This document shows positions 54,348-64,000 of a stretch of 64,000 nt of DNA, one piece after another (position 1 is the first letter of the stretch; every line of letters starts with the position of its first letter). This stretch comes from Octopus bimaculoides (Eukaryota): NCBI RefSeq assembly GCF_001194135.2, contig NC_068990.1:25263703-25327702 (forward strand). Direction: 5' to 3'. The notes beneath the pieces are model-generated. The model was not told where the DNA came from, made no database searches, and saw nothing but the letters and a program-made list of their open reading frames with translations. The position numbers and the translations under genes are program-made.

Positions 54348-55929
54348 CAACTGAAGGTGCATGTCATAGCAGTTACATGGTTCAGTTCATGATCTTATGG
54401 CCATAGGTTCAATTCTTGAATCAAACAGAGCATTTTGTCCTTCAACAAAGCATTTCATTTTCCATTGCTTCAGTCTACTCAGCTCTTAGTACCAAACAGA
54501 TGCTAGCTCAGCTCTCTCTCTCCTCCCACCTCCCACATCCTGGATGCACCATTGAGTGAAACATTGAGAAGGCCAAGAAAATATCTATGTCTGCTTGTAA
54601 CTACACAGGCAGCTAAAACAATTAATTTGTTACAATAGAGAACACTGAAATCTGTTTGAGATCTTTGATAAAAAAAAAATATTACTACAAACAATAAGAA
54701 CTGAGGTAGTTTGAAGCTTATTGTTCCTGGACTTAGTATGATAGTAGTCGCTGTTATAATGTTAACTGATCATTGTGTTGCTATTACCATCCATCCATTG
54801 TTTTTTGTATTGTGACAGCATTCTAGCCAGCTGCTGGTTGTGCTACTCTCTGCTGACTGCCATCTTCTGTGTCCAGTTTGATGTGTACCATCAACCATTT
54901 GTCTGTAGTGGCTAAAATGCACTGAAGATATAGTGGTGGTCTTGCTCAGAAAAAGTACACCAAAGATGATGCTGTTAGATCCAGATTCACATGAGGTCTT
55001 GAAAGGTCAGATTCTTTGATGGTGTTGGTAATATTCTAGCAAATCATGATTGTATTCTTGAATTGTTGTTTTTGCAATGGATATAGTGATCCAGGTTTGA
55101 TTGCTAAATATTCCTGCTACAAATGAAAGCATAACACTTGTTATCAAACGGAATTCGCTCACAAGTAGTGGTGACTGTACTTTACTATTCCTCTCTCAAA
55201 ACGGTTAACCTTGTTAGAAATCTGTATTTATAGACAAAACTCTGAATTAACATTTTTATCAACAATGTTTTGGAATCGTTATACCAATATTACATTTAGC
55301 TTGTAGATAATAGTATTTTGGAAGTCAGTACAATTATATTTTGCCAAAAACGAATCCCAATATTGGCAAAAGGCAGCACATTTGAAGGAAAATATACAAC
55401 CAGATATCATTGGCATGTGAATAATAAGTGGATAATATATATTATGTAGCCTCTTAAACCCCTCGTACTTGACCCCACAAAATATGTGGGGAGAGAGGGA
55501 GGGAGAGAGGAGAGAAAGAGAGACAGTTGCTTCAGTAGTTGGCTGGTACTTGTAACAGCTGAGTAGATTGGTTCAATGTGAAATGAAGTGCCTCGCTCAA
55601 GGACACAACATGTTACCCAGCTATTTTATTATCAGGAACTTAAAATTGCAGGCTTTGTGTCTAAACGGGAAATCATATTGTAGGAAACAGATGATGATGA
55701 TGGTGACGACGACGATGAGGACAATGATGATAATGAAGGGGGATAATATGAGCGATACTTGGCTGCTGTTTCTTGCAGATCGATGGACCACATAGAGGTT
55801 TCCTTGTTGGCTCATATACGATATTGCACCGTAAGGGAAAAAAAGGAATTAATTCAAGAAAAAAAAATGTTCACCATATTATTGTGTATGGAAACTATTC
55901 CAACACTCAGAGACAGTCATTGGGTCACT

Positions 55930-56240
55930 TAGTGGCTTAGTGGTTAGGGCATTCGGTTCATGATCGCGAGATCGTGAGTTCGATTCCTGATGGTGCATTG
56001 TGTCCTTGAGCAAGATGCTTTATTTCACGTTCCTTCAGTCCACTCAGCTGGCAAAAATGAGTTATGTCTGTATTTCAAAGGGCCGGCTTTGTCAGACTCT
56101 GTGTCACGCTGAATCTCCCTTAGAACTCCATTATGGGCACACATGCCTGTGGAATGCTCATCCACTTGCACGTGAATTTCACGAGCAGGCTATTCCGTTG
56201 ATCGACTGGAACCCTCGTCGTCGTAACCGATGGAGTTCTA
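55930..56240 (+). mobile_element. tRNA-derived SINE family B with a CORE-like central segment
   Basis: A box gtggcttagtggttagg and B box gagttcgattcc, followed by tgtgtccttgagcaag...cactcagctg. Other copies lie at 27790-28107 (-) and about 18335-18660 (-). Confidence 0.85.
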
Positions 56241-56376
56241 GGTGAAATTGGTCAATACCTAGAGTGAGGCGTCGATGGTTCGAATGATGTAACTGAAACT
56301 GATTGCATCTGTGGTCCAAACATTTAGCTGTTAAGACTTATGCTCCCTAACTTCTATGCAAGTACCTAGAATTATT

Positions 56377-56518
56377 GGTATTACTTAAATACAGAGGTCC
56401 TGATGCATCTACGTAACCGTAACCCTAAAACTAACCCTAATCCTAACCCCATAACGAGTGTGCACTGTAAAAACATCGTTATGTAGATGCATCGGGACCT
56501 CTGTATTTAAGTAGTGCC
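56377..56518. mobile_element. 142-bp MITE with about 40-bp TIRs, 8-bp TSD and internal telomere-like TAACCC units
   Basis: TIRs ggtattacttaaatacagaggtcctgatgcatctacgtaac and gttatgtagatgcatcgggacctctgtatttaagtagtgcc. TSD gaattatt at 56369-56376 and 56519-56526. Confidence 0.9.
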
Positions 56519-57585
56519 GAATTATTGTTTTAGCCCTAGGTTAACTTTGATCCAGCAGACCAATGTTCAAAAACGTTCCATTTGTGACCCTCCCATGTGG
56601 AAGCACCCACGATTACATTATTTAGTGTGTTATCTTTTAAGATGGCGGTGGTGTGATTTGAAGGAGATTTGACTGCTATTTTTAATTGTTATTGCTGGTT
56701 GATTGACCACTTAGAAGCTCCCGTTGCCTTAGAGTTGGCAAGTGATTAGTTGGCTTGCTGTTCTAGGTTCAGTTACTCAAACAGAAATACTGCAAGATTC
56801 TCGAAAGACTCAACCAATTCATTGTCTCTAATATCCAATCTTATTCTAAAGTAAAAACTTCAATTCAAGAGGTGCTTATTGAACAAGTAGGGAGGAAAGG
56901 AATGCTCGAAAATGGCTTCCGGGGGATGTTTCCTTCCTTACTTAGAAGCCGTTTTACATCGTATTAAGAGAACAGGAAAAACTATTGAAGACGTGTTTCT
57001 GAAATAAAAGGAAAACAGAACAGGATAAAATACTTTTGGGATACTGTTGCAAGGCCAGCCATGAACAGTAGATCTGTGATCAAAGATGTTTCAGCCACCT
57101 AACAATCCCTTCTTTGTGTGTGTGTATGTGTGTGTGCGTGTGCGTGCGCGCTATCTAGGACTACATTATCTGACTATTAAACTTGAAATGCTGAAGCACT
57201 GACCCCCAAAGTTTTCTCCACATCAGCGATCACTTCATTGATATGTCCACTCACTGTCCTTTCATTTCAAGGTAAGCAGTTCTAGAGCATTTTTCACATT
57301 TTTTTATACCTCTAATAGCTTGGTATAATAATATCCTCGCTAATGGTCTATGATTTTCCTTTGCGATATTAAATAGAATGGCGTATGATGTCTTCAACCT
57401 TCCTTCATAATCACCATTGGTGGGTGTTTTAAACATGTTATATTTGCTCGGTTTTTAATCCTTTTCAAGACCCTAAAAGAATCAAAACCTTTGTTCATTT
57501 TATTTTGTTGTTTTCGATTTGAGTGAACCCTTTCAAGATGATCTTTCATCTTTGCAGGTTTCACATGTCATTACTGAAAGTTTTT

Positions 57586-58519
57586 GACATCCCTACATAA
57601 ATGTGCCGCCCCTCTGACTTTATTTCTTCATAACTTTTAGAAAAATGGGATTTTTTTTCAATGAAATTTTCTCAAATATGCTTTAAATGGTGCAGATTAC
57701 GATTTTTTTTTTCCCGAGGGTGGAACGGAAGATTCACACAAGGCAGCCTTGTTTCCTTGTATCTTCCATAAAAACAAGTATTTTTTAATGAAATTTCAGA
57801 GTGTCTAAATTACGATTTATATCAGATTTTAATATGAAAAACAATATTTTTAAACGCTACATTCAGACACATACATACTGATACATATCACAATTTTCTT
57901 TCTCGAAATTTCAAGTCCGTAACTTGGCGGTTCGGCAAATGAGACCGATAGAATAAGTACTAGGCTTACAAAGAATAAGTCCTGGGGTCGATTTGTTCGA
58001 CTAAAGACGGTGCTCCAGCATGACCGGAGACAAATAACTGAAACAAGTAAAGAGTTTCATTTTATAAGATAGATGTGAAGTGTGTCAGTATGTCTGGGTG
58101 CGACCCCACCAGATTTTTTTATCCCAAATTAAATTCTGATTTAATCGGCAGAGGTAAAGAATACGCACACCGCCCGTTTTCAGCATAATTCTAACCCTGA
58201 TCCTAAATACCGGGGTGTGCGTATTCTTTACCTTCACCATCGTAATCTATACTCTTTAAAAGGTATTTGTAGAAAGTTTCATTTTAAAAAAATATCCATT
58301 TTTCTGAAAGTTATAAGGAAACAAAGCCGACGCGTGTGAATTTTCCGAAATTCCTCATTCCATCCTCGGAAAAGATTTTTCACCACAAATTCCGATATAA
58401 TCGGAATGTACACCATCTGAAGCGTATTAGAAAATTTCATTAAAAAAAATATCCATTTGTTCTGGAAGTTATGAGGAAACAAAGTCGGTGGGAGGGGGGC
58501 ACATTTGTGTCGGTATGCC
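57586..58519. mobile_element. Old foldback/MITE-like element with long inverted arms made of about 100-bp subrepeats; SINE A fragment and a small hairpin MITE nested inside
   Basis: The left arm (57586-57820) is the reverse complement of the right arm (58235-58519): aaaatttcattaaaaaaatatccatttgttctggaagttatgaggaaacaaagtc...ggcacatttgtgt. No TSD was found. Confidence 0.7.
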
Positions 58520-60703
58520 TACCAGTCAACTAGTTGGGGTTACATGTTTACTAGATGTCTACAAACGAATTGAAATTATTCACGTTGAAACAACAGTTTG
58601 ATAATACTTTAGCATCTTTATTTTCTTTAAGACTGTATATTATAAATTGAAGGATTTTTGGTAGCTGTTTCCAGCTGCAGTTATGTAGGACTAACACTAT
58701 CTAAACCATGGGTCGGCACATTTCTTATATCCATTGATCTCTTCTGGAATCGTTGATAACTTATCGACCTTCATCATGTAAATTGCTAAAATAAAATTAA
58801 TAAGTATAATTAATGAAAAATTCATTTATCTAAAGAATAATTTCTTCGTTTTTTTTTTAATTAGAAACTTTTAAAGAAATCTAATGAGTAAATTCGAAAT
58901 TGTCCGACATCGAAAACAATACAGTTAACGGGCAATTCGCATTAATATTCAGTGTCTTCGTTGAAATTGTTCTCTTGTCCTTAATTAATTCACTAATTAC
59001 AGGTGGTGTTACATGTTTTGCTAGTTGTATGACAACAATGTGATACCTGCTGAAGCACTTTTAATTTCCAATGAAAAAGACAAACAGTTCGCTAATGTCT
59101 TAGCACCCGTAATGTTAAAAATACTTTCAAGTGTTTATCGACCTTCTTGTTTCCTCTTATCTTTCCGAAAAAATGGTTATTTTTCACTGAAATTTTCTAC
59201 AAATACCTTTCAGATTGTGTAGATTACGATCGTATCACCATTTAAAAATGAAGTTGTTGGACACGCAACATACTGACTGATACACGTGTGCACGTCCAAC
59301 AAGTTATTACTTTTTGACATTAAATTTCGATTTAATCAGAATCTACACCATTGAAAGGTATTTGTAGAAAATTTCGTCGAAAAACAACCAGTTCTCTGAA
59401 AGTTATGAGGAAACAAAGTAGACGGAGCATTTGTGTAGGTATGTTGTTACATAACACCATCCTTGGGGGTGTAGGAAAAGGTGATTAACACTTGCTGGGT
59501 GCTTCACAATTCCATACATAGTTCAAGGAAGGAAAAGGGTTAAATGCTAGCTGTTATCTACTACGTCCGTATTTATGTATATATAACAGAGAGAGAAGGA
59601 GAAGTACACTACAGGGGTTTATATAATGCCATTGTATTGACCGCTTTACCGACTCTGAACGTGACCGCTCCCTTTTTAAAACATTAATTTACGGGAAGTT
59701 GAGCTGCTATTTAATATTACAGTTATCTACTTCTACATTATTGGTGTCCTTCCATTTCTTTTTTAAAAAAGGTAAGCAGTGATTTAAAAGAAATTTGGCT
59801 GCTATTTTTCGAGGCCAAAAGGAAAAGATCCAAGTTATCGACCATGAAAGGTAAAGTCAACTTCGGCAGAATTTGAACTCAGAACATAAAGACAGATGAA
59901 ATACCGCTAAGCATTTCGTCCAGTGTGCTAACAATTCTGCTAGCTCACCAACTTACAAGTGAATAACGACAACTTTGGTGAGATTTGATCTCAGAACTTG
60001 AAAGAATGTAACTTGATATTACAAAACATTTGCATGGGCAGTCTATCTTATTCTTGCAATCCACTGCCCTAAGGATAACAAATACCTAGAGAAAACATTC
60101 AAAACTGATTTTGTAGGTGTGTTCTTGAAGTTACTCATCGGTTGCTCTGTAAATATACAAATATCTTGCTTTTCTTTTTATTGCTTTTTGTTGAATAGTA
60201 CATGGAGAACATAAAAACAAAAACACTAAGTAAGTAATATAAAATGAATGGTGGTGGTGGGGAGGAAGCACGAACAAGAAACACTATTAATAATAACAAC
60301 ACCAAAAAGATAAGTCAGAGCAATAAGTAAAATACAAATTGAAAATAATAATAATAATAATAATAAAACAGGTAATGAGGAAGGGGTAAGATACGTTACA
60401 GCATTATACCATTCAGAAGAGTTTCTCTTAGACACTGGCTTAAGTATCAAAACAAATTTTTAGGAGGAAGAGGAGGTGGCGAAGATGATGAGGATGAAAA
60501 AGATGATGAAGAAATAGAAATTAAATCAACAAGAAGAACAAGACTGACAACAACATGAATAACATAACAGCAAGAACAAGGAAAACAACAACATCAAGGA
60601 TAAAGTATTGTAGAAGAAACAGCAGAAGAAATGGTAAAGGAAGCGTAACAGATAGGGTGAAGAAAGAGGAAAAGGAAAAATACACATGCATGTGTGTGTG
60701 TGT

Positions 60704-60770
<67 letters not shown>

Positions 60771-61800
60771 TGGATGTGTGTATATACATATATACACACA
60801 TCTATGCTTGTGTATGGATATAATGCACATGAATATATATATGTATATATATCTTACATATATATAGGTATATATGTATATGTGTATATATATATATATA
60901 TAAACATACATACATATACATCTATGTTTATATACATACACACACATGCTCATGTATGTATGTATAACAGCTTTACAGCGTTTTCAGATGAAATTTCTAA
61001 AATACTGGTTTACCTATCAAAACATATCTATATTACTTTTCCTGATTTACTGTTTAAAGAACCACACCTTAGAGAAAGGAACATACCAACCAAACCCAAC
61101 ATATGTCTGACGAGCCAACTTCGACCTGCCTGAAAAACCTGACGACTTTACCTCAAATCACACACACACTCCTTACATCTTAAATGAAAACAGATGTACA
61201 GGCTGAAGAATAGCTCACCTTTAGTCATAGGTCTGTTGGATCAGGTCTCACCTAGAGTTAAGCAACAATGAAAGGTGCAGGTGCCACTTAAAAGCACCCA
61301 GTCCACACTGTAAAGTGATTGGCATTTGGAAGGGCATCCAGCTATAATAACCTTACCAAAACTGACCTCACCTGTGCTTGTGCCATCTAAAAAGCACTGA
61401 GTCCACTCTGCTGAGTCGGTGTTAAGAAGGGCATCCAGTTGTAAAAATCCTGCCAAAATAGTTTACAGAAGTTTGATGCTAGCTTCTGCTTAACTGGCTC
61501 TTGTCAAACCGTCCCATTCGTGCCAGCATGGAAGGAGAAGGTCAAACGATAATGATGATGAATTTAACCCTTTAACATATGCATTACACTGTCACATGTA
61601 ATGCTTATTTATTCACATTGTTTTCAATTAATAATGGCTTATCTCATAGCTTTGAGATTTCATTGATGTGATTGTTTAATCTTTCAAATGGCATTGTAGG
61701 GTAGGAGTGAGAGGCTGGATCTGATCAGTTTGAATATAAAACAAGTAGGATATTTAAGCTTGATATGGTTGGTTTAAAGGCTAAAAGGTTAAGCATGTAC

Positions 61801-62002
61801 TCTTTTATTTGTTTCAGTCATTTGACTGCGGCCATGCTGGGGTAGCGCCTTTAGTTGGACAAATTAACCCCAGGACTTATTCTTTGTAAGCCTAGTAATT
61901 ATTTTATCAGTCTCTTTTGTTGAACCGCTATGTTACGGGAATGTAAACACACCAACATCAGTTGTCAAGCAATGGTGGGTGCACGAACACAGGCACACAA
62001 AC

Positions 62003-62037
<35 letters not shown>

Positions 62038-62196
62038 ATGAGCTTCTTTCATTTTCTGTGTACCAAATCCACTCACAAGGCTTTGTTCGGCTTGAGGCTA
62101 TAGCAGAAGACACTCACCCAAAGTGCCACGCTGTGGGATTGAACCCGGAACCATGTGGCTGGGAAGCAAGCTTCTTATCACACAGCCATGCCTGTA
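61801..62196 (-). mobile_element. Full-length SINE family A copy
   Basis: Colinear with 47900-48299. Confidence 0.9.
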
Positions 62197-63754
62197 ATTT
62201 CGAAGAGAAGAGATTAGTCAATACCACTCACATAGTACTTGGCTGGTATTTTATTTCATTCTTTTCTGCTCTAGACACAAGGCCCGAAATATTTGGGGAG
62301 GGGACCAGGCAATTAGATCAACCCCAGTACGTGACTGGTACTTACTTTATCGACCCCGAAAAGAATGTTTTCAGAGGTAAATTATTCACACTCCAAAGAA
62401 TTCCTCTCAACATATGGCTATGATGCTCTCCCACTACTTTTTATTTCTTTATTGTCCATTTTGAGGGTGGGGGAAAGTCGATAGCATTGACTCCAGTGCA
62501 TAACTAGTACTTATTTCATCGACCCTGAAAGGATAAAAGGCAATGTCAACCTTGGCGGCATTTGAACTCAGAATGCAAAGTCAGATGAAACCATTTTGTT
62601 CGACATGCTAATGATTCTGCCAGCTCATCGTTTTAGTAATAATAATAATTATAATCCTTTCTGCTAAAGGCACAAAGCCTGAAATTTGTTGAGCAGGGAC
62701 TAGACAATTACATCGATAGAGTGTTTCACCGGTATTTAATTTATTGACCCCAAAAGGATGAAATGCAAAGTCGACTTCAGCAGCATTTGAACTCAGAACA
62801 CAAAGGTAGACGAAAAGCTGCCAAGCATTTTGCCTGATATACTAATGGTTCTGCCAGCTTGCTGCCTCAAAAAAATAATAATAGTTACTGATTTAAGCAC
62901 ATGGCCAGAAATTTTGAGCAGCATGGATTAGTTGATATCTCTGACTTCAGTACTTGACTAATACTTTATTTTATTGACTTCAAAAGAATTTAAGGTAAAG
63001 TTGGTCTGGATGAATTTTGAATAATAATGGTTTCTGATTTAGACATAAGGGCCAGTGATTTTTAGGGGATGGGATTAATCAATCTTTATTTTATCGACAC
63101 TGCAAGAATTAAATTTAAGGCTGACCTTGGAATGATTTGAACTCAGAACATAAAAGATTTGGAACAAATGCTGCAAAGCAATTTGCCTAAATGCTCTAAT
63201 GATTCTGCCAAACACCAACCAAACAATATATACCTGAGTAAGAGGGAAGGAAAGAGAGAGATTAAGGTAACTTGTATACCTTGTCATACATCAAAAAATT
63301 CTAGTTGAATAAATATAGTGGAGTACTATGTAACATGATGTAAACCAGTTAAATAAATAAAGATGTGTCCAAGGAGGTATTAGACATAAAATGTGCTCAG
63401 CATTAATTTTAAACATGGTTTTATGCTGATATTAAAAATATTTGCTTGCTTTGATCTTTTGCAGTTAAATTTTTAATGGTTGTCTCTCTACTCTCTCTCT
63501 CTTTACAGGTGTATAAATATGTATGGAAATATAATCATTTAAAATTTTAGGTCAGTGGGTTTGTATTGTGGTTAGACAAGAAATCTATAAATCCAATGTG
63601 ATTTGAACAAGTAGTCTTGTGAGTGGCAGCCAGTGTCACAACAGTTGCATCACAGAAACTGCCTATGTACATGTAAAAAAAATTTTTACATCGGGCCGAC
63701 CAAAGCCTTGTGAGTGGATTTGGTAGACAGAAACTGAAAGAAGCCCGTCGTATA

Positions 63755-64000
63755 AGGCAGGTTAACTAGCAAGTTAGTTTTTGTTTGTGGCAGATGTTCA
63801 GGTGCAATAAAGACTGTAAACAAACAAGAAACAACTTCTATCTCATTCCAGGGTGAAAAACTAGAGGTAGTCGATAGCTTCCGCTATCTGGGCGACCAAG
63901 TTAGTAGTGGGGGTGGGTGCGCTGAAAGTGTAGCTGCTAGAATAAGAATAGCCTGGGCAAAGTTTAGAGAGCTCTTACCCCTGCTGGCGACAGAGGGACT
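63755..64000 (+). mobile_element. RTE LINE RT-region fragment with an open frame, running off the window
   Basis: From 63756: GRLTSKLVFVCGRCSGAIKTVNKQETTSISFQGEKLEVVDSFRYLGDQVSSGGGCAESVAARIRIAWAKFRELLPLLATEG, with no stop codons and a YLG motif. Confidence 0.9.

Noticed and set aside
55930-55990. tRNA-like A and B boxes
   Set aside because: They are SINE heads that continue into SINE bodies and lack a complete cloverleaf, so they are not tRNA genes.
63480-63560. Strong plus-strand acceptor (ctctctctctctttacag|GTG) suggesting an antisense or divergent gene
   Set aside because: The pyrimidine tract is a CT microsatellite, and I found no matching coding exon or partner donor.
1-64000. CRISPR arrays, rRNA or prokaryotic systems
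   Set aside because: There is no repeat-spacer array, rRNA similarity or operon-like coding density. The sequence is eukaryotic intron and upstream DNA.

Overview
AT-rich, microsatellite- and SINE-dense animal DNA with short N gaps. The repeat families look like octopus; this is inferred from the repeat content and was not checked against a database. The window holds the 5' part of a minus-strand spectraplakin gene (short stop / dystonin / MACF1 / plectin family). The anchor is a 62-nt exon at 41538-41599 encoding [21 protein letters not shown], the start of the CH1 actin-binding domain. Two alternative phase-1 first coding exons can splice onto it: MDLGIDFQDYRDLQLPLCILQLDPADRAVLRIA (43609-43708; plectin-1c / dystonin-a2 / Shot-B-like) and MDTPGYMDPEMPDVMVQYEENRKKDT (41800-41878; short, loosely dystonin-a1-like). 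About 38.7 kb downstream is an 18-nt phase-0 microexon, HWRFSQ (2846-2863), at the position of plectin exon 2alpha (HWRAE). None of these four exons appears in the supplied ORF track. I did not find the rest of CH1, so it presumably lies left of position 1. The remainder is intron and upstream DNA with tRNA-derived SINEs, RTE, CR1/L2 and Tx1/L1 LINE relics, several MITE families, and two CpG-retaining domains that look like promoter regions. Most listed ORFs are microsatellite or TE artefacts. Family motif comparisons are from memory and need BLAST confirmation.
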